From the NCBI GenBank assembly GCA_013003395.1, contig JABDJC010000220.1, positions 1 to 53,445 of the forward strand: a stretch of 53,445 nt of DNA, read 5' to 3'. The stretch comes from Acidimicrobiia bacterium. GTDB lineage: Bacteria > Actinomycetota > Acidimicrobiia > Spongiisociales > UBA5794. Shown one piece after another: positions 10,219 through 18,440 of this stretch (position 1 is the first letter of the stretch; every line of letters begins with the position of its first letter). Below the pieces are notes generated by a model, which had not been told where the DNA came from, searched no databases, and was given only the letters and a program-made list of their open reading frames with translations. A program made the translations under genes and the position numbers.

Positions 10219-11337
10219 GTGATACTCGAAGTGCTCGCGGTCGTCGTTGGTGTCGTCGCCATCGGCGCCGTAGTGGCGTCTGCAATCCGGACCGTCATTC
10301 TGCCGAGGTCGGCGCAGAGTCTGCTGACGGCAATCGTGTTCCGGGTCATCGGAGCCGTCTTCTTCACCGTTGCGAGCGCCCGACTCGAGTACGGGCGACG
10401 AGATTCGATCATGGCGCTCTACGGTCCTACGAGCCTCCTGGCACTCGTAGCCGCGTGGCTCGGGGCGACGATGTTCGGCTTCACCTTGCTGTTCTGGGCG
10501 GCAGGCGTCGGATCGCTGGGTGATGCATTCCATCTGTCCGGGTCGTCGATCACCACCCTCGGATTTGCACCGGCGACGACGCTGCTGACGCGAGCGTTGG
10601 CGTTCATCGAGGCAGGACTCGGGTTGGTGCTCGTCGCCTTGCTCATCACGTACCTGCCTTCGATGTATTCAGCGTTCAGTACCAGGGAGACCCGCTTGAC
10701 GCTCCTCGAGGTGCGGGCCGGGTCCCCTCCATCTGCCGTCGAGTTGCTCAGCCGTCATGCTCGCATTGGTTGGCTCGATCGCCTCGATCAGGAATGGCTT
10801 CTCTGGGAGGAGTGGTTTGCGGTGATCGAAGAGACGCACACCACCTACGCGATCCTCCCGTTCTTTCGTTCGCCCCAGCCCGACAGGTCTTGGGTGACCG
10901 GAGCCGGGACGGTTCTCGACGCTGCCGCCCTTCACCATTCCACGATCGACGTGGATCCAAGTCCACAGGCGGCTGTTCTGATCCGAGGCGGGTTCATCGC
11001 ACTACGGCGGATCGCCGACTTCTTCGGAATCCACCACGATCCTGAACCCTCCGTCGATGATCCGATCTCGATCACCCGGTCAGAATTCGATGCGGCCTGC
11101 GAGGCGATGGCGGAAGCCGGAGTGCCGATTCGAGCCGATCGAGATCAAGCGTGGCGCGACTACGCCGGCTGGCGAGTCAATTACGACACGGTGTTGCTCA
11201 AGCTGGCGGCGTTGACGTTGGCGCCGTACTCGCCCTGGTCGTCTGACCGTTCTCCGCCAGATCATGAACCGACTCGGGTGAGAATGCTCGGGCGACGGCG
11301 CTCCCAGACCGACGAGAAGTCAGGTCAACCCGGGTAG
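10219..11337 (+). CDS. Potassium-channel-like membrane protein (Ion_trans_2-like pore plus cytoplasmic domain)
   Basis: TM helices flank a pore-helix-like segment DAFHLSGSSITTLGF; then LITYLPSMYSAFSTRE and FFRSPQPDRSW. Confidence 0.65.
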   Translation: MILEVLAVVVGVVAIGAVVASAIRTVILPRSAQSLLTAIVFRVIGAVFFTVASARLEYGRRDSIMALYGPTSLLALVAAWLGATMFGFTLLFWAAGVGSLGDAFHLSGSSITTLGFAPATTLLTRALAFIEAGLGLVLVALLITYLPSMYSAFSTRETRLTLLEVRAGSPPSAVELLSRHARIGWLDRLDQEWLLWEEWFAVIEETHTTYAILPFFRSPQPDRSWVTGAGTVLDAAALHHSTIDVDPSPQAAVLIRGGFIALRRIADFFGIHHDPEPSVDDPISITRSEFDAACEAMAEAGVPIRADRDQAWRDYAGWRVNYDTVLLKLAALTLAPYSPWSSDRSPPDHEPTRVRMLGRRRSQTDEKSGQPG

Positions 11338-12227
11338 TCGCCTGCGATCGGCAACATTGATCGCAGTGGGCTTCCCAACTCGTCTGACAGCCACTGGGCG
11401 GTCTCGATCAGCAGAGCGACATCGAGGCCAGGATCGACGCCCAACCCTCGCTGCAGATAGACGAGGTCTTCGGTGGCGACATTGCCGCCGGCGCCCTTGG
11501 CGAAAGGGCTTCCGCCATATCCGCCGACGCTCGAATCGAGTGCCCCGACTCCGATGCGCATCGCGGCCACGGCATTGGCATACGCGGTGTTTCTCGTGTT
11601 GTGGAAATGGCAGCGTGTTTGTGGAGCGTCGTCGAACGCGAGGACCGGTTCGAGCAGTCGTTCGACGTCGAGCGGCGTAGCGACGCCAATTGTGTCGCCG
11701 AACGCGATCTCGTCCACCCCTACAGCCGAGAATCGCTTCACGAGTTCGAGGACGCGCTCCACGTCGACAGGGCCGTCGTACGGATCGCCGAACGCCACGC
11801 TGATGGTGACGCTCGTCTTGCGACCCGAGCCAGCGGCTTCTGGCACCATCAACTCGATCTCGTTGGCCGATTCGGAGACGCTGGCACCCTGATTTCGTTG
11901 GTTGTATCCGTCAGCTGCGGCAAGCGTGAAGTTGATCTCATCGAGGGTCGTGGTGAGCGCACGCTCGAGTCCTCTGCGGTTCATGACCAAGCCGATGTAG
12001 CTGGCTGCACCTCGCGGGAGCGCAGCGCAGATCCGTTCGGCGTCGGCCATCTGTGGAACACGTTTCGGATTCACGAAGCTCGCAACTTCGATACGGTCGA
12101 TGCCGGCGTCGACCAGTCGGCCGATCAGCTCGAGGCGGGTTTCCACCGGCAGCACTTTTGATTCCGCCTGGAGTCCATCTCGAGGCCCAACCTCGACGAT
12201 CCGTGACGGGGTGACCGACTCAGCCAG
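11325..12227 (-). CDS. Hydroxymethylglutaryl-CoA lyase-like (DRE-TIM) protein; start codon atypical
   Basis: IVEVGPRDGLQ lies upstream of the ORF-track start; also SFVNPKRVPQMAD, DTIG, HFHNT and GNVATEDL. Only a CTG (12227) follows the in-frame TAA. Confidence 0.85.
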   Translation of the reverse strand: MAESVTPSRIVEVGPRDGLQAESKVLPVETRLELIGRLVDAGIDRIEVASFVNPKRVPQMADAERICAALPRGAASYIGLVMNRRGLERALTTTLDEINFTLAAADGYNQRNQGASVSESANEIELMVPEAAGSGRKTSVTISVAFGDPYDGPVDVERVLELVKRFSAVGVDEIAFGDTIGVATPLDVERLLEPVLAFDDAPQTRCHFHNTRNTAYANAVAAMRIGVGALDSSVGGYGGSPFAKGAGGNVATEDLVYLQRGLGVDPGLDVALLIETAQWLSDELGSPLRSMLPIAGDYPG

Positions 12228-14934
12228 TTACGGAGCCCAGATCAAGGGTGTCCGGAACTGGATGGTCCATGGCCGTGGCGTCTGGACCCGTCTCTGGATC
12301 CAGGTCGACAGGATCAGGTGAGACTTCGACCACCATCGTGAGTTCGTCTTCTTCAGTGGCGGCAGGCGTCTCTTCGACAACCACAACGTCGCCGGTCGCC
12401 GGGTCCTCGGTCCCCGGGTCCTCGTCTGTGACGGGGTCTTCGTCTGTGACGGGGTCTTCCGTCGTGGTGGTTTCCACGTTGTCGGTGTCGGCAGCCGGGT
12501 CGGCGTCCGAGGCGCAGGTGTATATCCAGACTTCACCGCCGCCCAGAAGGCCGTCGAGGTTGAGGTCTCCCGTGACAAATCCGTCTCCGTTGAGGTCTTC
12601 GGGAACCAACACGGTGCACGAACCGAGGAGAAGGTCCGCAGTTGCTGAGCCGTCAGTCGACAGCGCGACCACGGCGTAGGCATATCCCAACTGCGAGCCA
12701 TCGTCGCCGATCCACTGGAAAGCACCAACCAAGAACGGCAGCTCGGTGAGCGACTCAACCGTCGAAGCAGTTTCGGCGGCGACAGCTTCGATCGTGGCAG
12801 CATCGACAGCCTCGCCTTCCGCAGTGTCTGCGGAGGCGCTTGCCGCACCATCGGTGAGACACGTCAGGTACCAGAGTTCGTTGTTGTCGAGGATGTTGTT
12901 GCTGTTCCAGTCGCCGTCGAAGTACCCATCGCCGTCGAAGTCCCACATCTCGAGCGGACGGCAGTCAGCAACCGGCTCTATCACGGCTGGAGGTTCAGGA
13001 TCCACTGGCGGTTCCGGATCGACCGGAGGTTCCGGATCCGGATCAGGATCGACTGGCGGTTCTGGGTCTGGATCTGGATCGACTGGCGGATCCGGCTCGG
13101 GGTCCGGATCTGGATCGACTGGCGGATCCGGCTCGGGGTCCGGATCTGGATCGACTGGCGGATCCGGCTCGGGGTCCGGGTCAGGATCGACTGGCGGAAC
13201 CGGGTCTGGATCGGGATCAACCGGGGGTTCCGGGTCTGGATCGGGATCAACCGGCGGATCTGGGTCTGGATCAGGCGCCGGGTCTGGATCTGGGTCTGGA
13301 TCTGGGTCTGGATCTGGCGCGGGGTCGGGATCTGGGTCCGGGTCTGGCGCGGGATCGGGATCTGGGTCTGGATCTGGCGCAGGATCCTTGTCCGGGTCGC
13401 CACGAGGATCAGGAACCGGATTTGGGTCCGGATCGGGCGCCGGGTCCGGATCAGGTGCGGGGTCCGGATCAGGGTCCGGTGCGGGGTCGCCAGGGACGTC
13501 AGCCGTGACGGCATCGCCGATCGTTCCAGTCGGCTGCTCGATCACCGGATTACCCGCCGGCGTGACCGGGGCAACCGTGGTGGTCGGCGTCGCATCGACC
13601 TGAGGTCCGGTCGGAGCGTCGCCGTTGGAGATCGATGTACCGAGAACTGCGGTCTCTGGGGCAATCTCGATCAACGCAGGCGCTGCGGCGAGAACGGCAG
13701 CACCGCGCTGGTCTGAGCCACGTTGGCCACTGGCTGCCACAGCTTCTCCGCCCCACTGACCTTTGTCGTTGTTGCAGGTGTAGTTGTCCGGGTCTGCCTC
13801 TGTCCGGCTCAAGACCTGGACCGTTCCTGAGTACGTGTCTGCTACGAAGCCCGAGGGAACGTTGGCCGTCAGGTCCAGCCGCCCGATCTCGCCGCTGCAC
13901 AGCGGATCATTGAACCACGCCACTGCGGTCGCCTTGAGTTGGTTCACATGCTGGAGCGCATCGTCGGAGCGACCGAACGCGGAGCCGAAGCTGGTGATGT
14001 CGCGTGCCGCCGAGGACCCGCCTTGCACGTCCTTGCCGACGAACGGGGTGAACGAGACGCCGATCTGACCACCGGCGCTTGCGGTGTTGAGCGCGGTTGG
14101 TGATGCCGTGTCCACGGCAAGGTTGCCGGCAAGGACAGCTGATTGACCTGGCAGCAGGTTGGTCCAGCCGATCGACGACACGTCCACGGCGATGTGTTGA
14201 ACGCAAAGCACGTCGAAACTGCTGACCCGAACATCCGAACCGCGCCGCGTTGCGAGGCGAGACTCAACTCGATACGTCCCACATGGTTCGTGGGCGCCGA
14301 TCGTGACGCTCGTGCTGTAGAACGCTCCCGCTTCTGCAAAACACTGTGCGATGAGAGCTCGTGCCGCGTCGAGTTCGACGTCGGAGTTGGATACCGCAGC
14401 CTCGATCATTCCGTCTGCGGTCAGCGCATCTTGCTCGAGGTCGAAGCCGAGATCGCTACACGCGGCGGCTTCACCTTCAACTCTCGTCTTGAATCCGCCG
14501 TCCGGATAGAACACGTCCCAATAGGCTGCGCCGACCGTGTCGATGCCGGTGTCGAACGTTGCAGCAGTCCACAACTCGATGCGGCGAGCATTGGGCAAGT
14601 CGGCAGGGTTGGCGGCCACCTGCAGCGGACGGCCTACCGCGCTGCGAGTCTGCGGTACCGCTCCGGCGCATCGGGACCGAGACCCGAAGCTGTACGGATC
14701 GTCGTCGTAGTTGCCGTTCTCGTCGCTGTATTGCATCCCGGGCGTCGCGGAATCCATGTCGAGCAGCTGCCAAGTACAGCTAACGGTCGCAGAAGAACCC
14801 GCCGCGGTTTCAGCCTCGGTCGCGTCGATTGGATTCGGCGCGACGAGGAGGTATACGAAAAGCGGCAGCACGGCGAGAAGCTTTCGCCGCCTGGACGCCA
14901 GTGATATGGCCCACCGTCCCTGGGTGCCCTGCAT
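12220..14934 (-). CDS. Large secreted protein with a Cys-containing N-domain, Pro-Asp repeat stalk and acidic C-terminal repeats
   Basis: Signal peptide RRRKLLAVLPLFVYLLVA; long (PD)n/PPVDPDPDPE tract; two DxxGDG...GD...ExWxxTC motifs. Confidence 0.75.
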   Translation of the reverse strand: MQGTQGRWAISLASRRRKLLAVLPLFVYLLVAPNPIDATEAETAAGSSATVSCTWQLLDMDSATPGMQYSDENGNYDDDPYSFGSRSRCAGAVPQTRSAVGRPLQVAANPADLPNARRIELWTAATFDTGIDTVGAAYWDVFYPDGGFKTRVEGEAAACSDLGFDLEQDALTADGMIEAAVSNSDVELDAARALIAQCFAEAGAFYSTSVTIGAHEPCGTYRVESRLATRRGSDVRVSSFDVLCVQHIAVDVSSIGWTNLLPGQSAVLAGNLAVDTASPTALNTASAGGQIGVSFTPFVGKDVQGGSSAARDITSFGSAFGRSDDALQHVNQLKATAVAWFNDPLCSGEIGRLDLTANVPSGFVADTYSGTVQVLSRTEADPDNYTCNNDKGQWGGEAVAASGQRGSDQRGAAVLAAAPALIEIAPETAVLGTSISNGDAPTGPQVDATPTTTVAPVTPAGNPVIEQPTGTIGDAVTADVPGDPAPDPDPDPAPDPDPAPDPDPNPVPDPRGDPDKDPAPDPDPDPDPAPDPDPDPDPAPDPDPDPDPDPDPAPDPDPDPPVDPDPDPEPPVDPDPDPVPPVDPDPDPEPDPPVDPDPDPEPDPPVDPDPDPEPDPPVDPDPDPEPPVDPDPDPEPPVDPEPPVDPEPPAVIEPVADCRPLEMWDFDGDGYFDGDWNSNNILDNNELWYLTCLTDGAASASADTAEGEAVDAATIEAVAAETASTVESLTELPFLVGAFQWIGDDGSQLGYAYAVVALSTDGSATADLLLGSCTVLVPEDLNGDGFVTGDLNLDGLLGGGEVWIYTCASDADPAADTDNVETTTTEDPVTDEDPVTDEDPGTEDPATGDVVVVEETPAATEEDELTMVVEVSPDPVDLDPETGPDATAMDHPVPDTLDLGSVTG
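13071..13178. repeat. Three perfect 36-bp tandem repeats within a wider degenerate Pro-Asp coding array (about 12985-13490)
   Basis: Unit GATCTGGATCGACTGGCGGATCCGGCTCGGGGTCCG at 13071, 13107 and 13143. Confidence 0.9.
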
Positions 14935-14990
14935 GGATTCCCCCTACGTGGTCGCTGGTGCTCCCACTCGGTCATTGAACACTACCAGCC

Positions 14991-16196
14991 TCATGACGTC
15001 GCGCGTCGGCGCCAAACGATCAACCCGACGAGCACGAGAGCGCCGGCGGCGAGCGAGAAATACAACAAAACGGGCCGGCCCTCTGCAGCTCCGACGCTGA
15101 AAGCAAACGTGGTCGGTCGCGAAAGGATCCCGTCGACGTCTGCGCTGCCAGAAAGTTGGTACTCGCCGGGCCTGGCAACCTCCATGAAGACCTGAACGAT
15201 CGTGGTCTCGTCGGGACCGACACGTCGCGCCAGGCTTCCGACGTCTCCGATACGTCCTCCTGCGTAGATCAGTTCTCCGTTGAACCGGATGCCGGCGGTC
15301 ACTTCACTCGAGTTGCGGAGCTCGGCGTTGACGATTGCGATTCCGCCCGCTTCCGGTCGGTTCGCCAGCTCGAGGCTCACGATCTCGCCCGAGCGCGTGA
15401 ACGACCCACCAGGCGCAAGTTCGAATCGAGCGATACGCGACGGAAGCACCACCGAGCCAATAGTGGCGTTCGCCGTGGCAACGTAGGCGCCGACGTCCGC
15501 CGACGTTGTCGACCATGCATCCACAACAACCGCTGACTCCCCTGGCCGAATACGGGTCTCGGCAAACGTGATGGATGCGACCTCTTCGTCAGTTGCGGTC
15601 AAGATCACTACGGTCACCTGCGGTGAGATTGCGACGTTTCCTTCATTTCGGATCTCGACGGACAGTGGGAGCGGCGTTCCCACCTCGGCGGTGCCCACGG
15701 TGAAGTCCTCCATGGCAGCGGCGATCACCTGCGTGCCGTTGACGGTGACGATCACGGGCAGCTCGACGCCGATTTCTACGGCGGCATCATCGGGTTCCGT
15801 AGAGCCCGACAGCACACGAAGGGCTCCTTCATACGTGCCGTTTGCGATGTCGTCGGGGACGATGACTGCCAGATCGAACGTGGCGTCGCCGCCTGCGCCT
15901 ATCGCGAACGTCTCGATGGCCTCGCCGTCTGAGACCTGACGGACTTCGATCCACGGTCCAACGTCGCCGATCGTCACGAACCGCAGCAATCGCGCCTCGC
16001 CGGCATCGTTGACGAGGCCGAGTGACTGAACGGCAGTGCCTCCCCGCAGAGGACCTTCGAACTCAAAACTGTTGGGAAACGCCGCAACGCCGGTCTGAGC
16101 CTGTGCGACAGCAACGCCGCACATGAGGATTGCGCTCGCCAGCACGGCCACGAGCGTCGCCTGCCGGGAGCTGGCCGGGTACTTGATGTTCACCAC
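14991..16196 (-). CDS. Membrane-anchored multi-Ig-like surface protein (DUF916/DUF3324-like architecture)
   Basis: Signal peptide ending AVAQAQ; VPDDIANGTYEG and IRNEGNV motifs; C-terminal TM followed by WRRR. The start (GTG 16196 or 16193) is inferred. Confidence 0.65.
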   Translation of the reverse strand: MVNIKYPASSRQATLVAVLASAILMCGVAVAQAQTGVAAFPNSFEFEGPLRGGTAVQSLGLVNDAGEARLLRFVTIGDVGPWIEVRQVSDGEAIETFAIGAGGDATFDLAVIVPDDIANGTYEGALRVLSGSTEPDDAAVEIGVELPVIVTVNGTQVIAAAMEDFTVGTAEVGTPLPLSVEIRNEGNVAISPQVTVVILTATDEEVASITFAETRIRPGESAVVVDAWSTTSADVGAYVATANATIGSVVLPSRIARFELAPGGSFTRSGEIVSLELANRPEAGGIAIVNAELRNSSEVTAGIRFNGELIYAGGRIGDVGSLARRVGPDETTIVQVFMEVARPGEYQLSGSADVDGILSRPTTFAFSVGAAEGRPVLLYFSLAAGALVLVGLIVWRRRATS

Positions 16197-16292
16197 AGCG
16201 GCATCGTAATGGTGAAGGAGGATGATTCTGGTTGCACCCTTCCTATCCGCCCGGCGCCTTACACTCCGACGCGGAGTCGAGAGAGGTACGCG

Positions 16293-17159
16293 TTGGAACA
16301 ATCGATAACGCAGTTGTTGCAGACGCCCGGCGTGATCATGCTCATCGGCGCCGCAGACACCGGCAAGACGACCGTGGGTAAAGCGTTGCTGGAGGCGGTG
16401 GTTGTCGGCGGGTTCACTGCGGCGTATGTGGACGCCGACCTGGATCAATCGACGGTGGGTCCGCCCGCATGTGTCGGACTCAAGTGGGTCAACAGTCGAG
16501 AAGACATCGAGCATCTCGATAGTGCGGACGAGCTGAGATTTGTCGGGTCAACCACGCCAGAAGGAGTGGTGCTGCCACACGTCGTGGCGACCGCAGCGCT
16601 GGTCGACATGGCTCGGCGGGCCGACTATGTGATCCTCGACACGACAAGCGTTGTCGCCGGGGTAGTCGGCGAGACGCTCAAGTACCACACCACTGAGCTG
16701 TGTCAACCTCGTGTGGTTGTCGCGCTCCACCGCGGCGCCGAGATGGATCCGATCGTTTCGATGCTCGAACGATTCCTGGGTGTGGAGTCCGTCAAGGTCG
16801 AGTCGGACCCGCTCAGAGTCTCGTCGTCGCCGTCGGAGCGCAACGCTGTCCGCGTCGAGGGGTTCCGTCGCGAGATGGCTGAACCCATCTCGCAATGGAG
16901 GGTGCAACGTGGCGTGTTCGCTCCGAGCCTCCCGGAAGAGTTCGACTACGAGAAGCTCGATCAGATGCTGGTCGGAGTTCAGGGGTTCGGCGGCCGCTGT
17001 CTCGGACTCGGAGTATTGGAATACAAGGATCACCAGCTACGAGTGATCACTCGACACGGCGACTCCATGACCGGGTTGCGACTCGGATCACTGCGCGTGG
17101 ATCGAGCGACCTTCGCCACGGCCAGGGTTCGACTGCGCCAACTGATCTTCGGGGTCTGA
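16293..17159 (+). CDS. Clp1/Nol9-family polynucleotide 5'-hydroxyl kinase
   Basis: Walker A GAADTGKTT, DADLDQSTVGPP, ILDTTS clasp and RNAVR lid. TTG at 16293 follows GAGAGG; alternative ATG at 16209. Confidence 0.8.
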   Translation: MEQSITQLLQTPGVIMLIGAADTGKTTVGKALLEAVVVGGFTAAYVDADLDQSTVGPPACVGLKWVNSREDIEHLDSADELRFVGSTTPEGVVLPHVVATAALVDMARRADYVILDTTSVVAGVVGETLKYHTTELCQPRVVVALHRGAEMDPIVSMLERFLGVESVKVESDPLRVSSSPSERNAVRVEGFRREMAEPISQWRVQRGVFAPSLPEEFDYEKLDQMLVGVQGFGGRCLGLGVLEYKDHQLRVITRHGDSMTGLRLGSLRVDRATFATARVRLRQLIFGV

Positions 17160-17160
17160 A

Positions 17161-17712
17161 GTGTGGCGACTCGTGGCGGTGAGACTGCCGATACCGTGGG
17201 ACGACTTTGGGTTTCCATCACCCGTAGACCTCGGCGGAACGATTCTTCTGGACGGAGAGGTCGCTTGGGAGTGGGAGTCAGACACCGAACCTGATGCCGC
17301 TGCACCTGCATTCGAGATCGATCGGTGCGGACCGGCTCGAGCGAAAGACGGTCCGGCAGGGTGGTCGGTCGATCACGTCGTCCTGATGGTGCCGAGCCTC
17401 GACGCTGCGATCGAGACGTTCGCGTCGAGCCACATGCGCCCACGGCTGCGTACATCCATCGACGGGCGAGCCATGGCGTTCTATCGAGCGCACACGGTCA
17501 TCGAAGTCATCGAGTCGCCGGTGCGGAGTGCTGCGCTGTACGGCATCGCCTTGACGACCGACGAGCCGCTCGAAGTAGTGGCGCTGCGGTGGAGGTCGCT
17601 CGGGCACGAAGTAACCGATCCGAAGCCAGCGATTCAGCAAGGACGCCGGATTCTGACGGTTCGGGGCCTTGGCTCCGGTTTGGCGATCATGTCGGCAGAT
17701 CGAGCACGCTAG
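17161..17712 (+). CDS. VOC/glyoxalase-like family protein
   Basis: VDHVVLMVPSLDAAIETF and IEVIE motifs; begins 1 nt after the Clp1 stop. Confidence 0.65.
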   Translation: MWRLVAVRLPIPWDDFGFPSPVDLGGTILLDGEVAWEWESDTEPDAAAPAFEIDRCGPARAKDGPAGWSVDHVVLMVPSLDAAIETFASSHMRPRLRTSIDGRAMAFYRAHTVIEVIESPVRSAALYGIALTTDEPLEVVALRWRSLGHEVTDPKPAIQQGRRILTVRGLGSGLAIMSADRAR

Positions 17713-17948
17713 AGGAGCGAGTGGGCCTCGAGCGAGGCGCGCAAAAGCCCAAGGAACCTCGACTTCGAATCCCGCACTTCCCCGAACGAGTCTCGCTGAA
17801 TCGGCACCTTGGGCCTTGCTTCGCCAACTTACGAAACCGGTTCGGGGCGAGTCAATACGGCTGAATCGGGCGATTTCTGTGCGGCAACTCTGTATAAATT
17901 CACGTAATTGGAGTCAAATGCTTGTTGGGACTCGTCCGAATTGGTGAG

Positions 17949-18003
17949 TAGTCCACAAATCCACAGCTGTCCACAGGAGGTTGTGCACAAGCGCTGAGGA
18001 CAA
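17949..18003. promoter_or_regulatory. Cluster of five DnaA-box-like 9-mers
   Basis: TAGTCCACA (17949), AAATCCACA (17957), CTGTCCACA (17967), TTGTGCACA (17981) and reverse TTGTCCTCA (17995-18003), compared with TT(G/A)TCCACA. Confidence 0.7.
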
Positions 18004-18014
18004 GTTTCTCCAGC

Positions 18015-18440
18015 CTATTTTTCGCGAGGAGCGAAACCGATTCTGATGATTTGGCGGAACGTGGTTTCGATCAGCTCGTAGATGCTGCCGATGACCTCGT
18101 CCAGAGCGTCATCGTCGAAGTCCTTCACTGGCACGCGCCCGACGAGGAAGATGTCTCGTCGTTGGTCCAACGCGAAGTGAGTGCGCCAGGCCGGCCAGCT
18201 GCGAGCGAGCAGCAGTGCGAATACCTCTTCCCTCGAGTGAGGCGGCATCGGCCCCACGTACGCCTCGCAGCCGACGGTCAGATCGCCGACATCGAACCAG
18301 ATCGTGGTGAAGTCGCGGACTTGCTGAGCCATCCTGATGCCCCAGCGGCCCTCGTACTCGCCGGCCCAGACAACGTCGGATGCCTCGTCTTCGACCATGC
18401 GCAACGTCACGGTCTCGAGTCGTTCGCGAACCGGGGGCAC
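18015..18440 (-). CDS. YbjN domain-containing protein
   Basis: GTG overlaps the mshA stop; TTIWFDVG...EAYV and DIFLVGR motifs. Position downstream of mshA is typical in Actinobacteria. Confidence 0.75.
   Translation of the reverse strand: MPPVRERLETVTLRMVEDEASDVVWAGEYEGRWGIRMAQQVRDFTTIWFDVGDLTVGCEAYVGPMPPHSREEVFALLLARSWPAWRTHFALDQRRDIFLVGRVPVKDFDDDALDEVIGSIYELIETTFRQIIRIGFAPREK

Noticed and set aside
13071-13178. 36-bp repeats as a CRISPR array
   Set aside because: They are contiguous with no spacers, in frame within a CDS, and no cas genes are present.
12746-13603. Gly/Ser-repeat ORF on the + strand
   Set aside because: It is the antisense shadow of the Pro-Asp repeat gene.
17895-17912. 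parS-like site (AATTCACGTAATT)
   Set aside because: It diverges too far from GTTTCACGTGAAAC.
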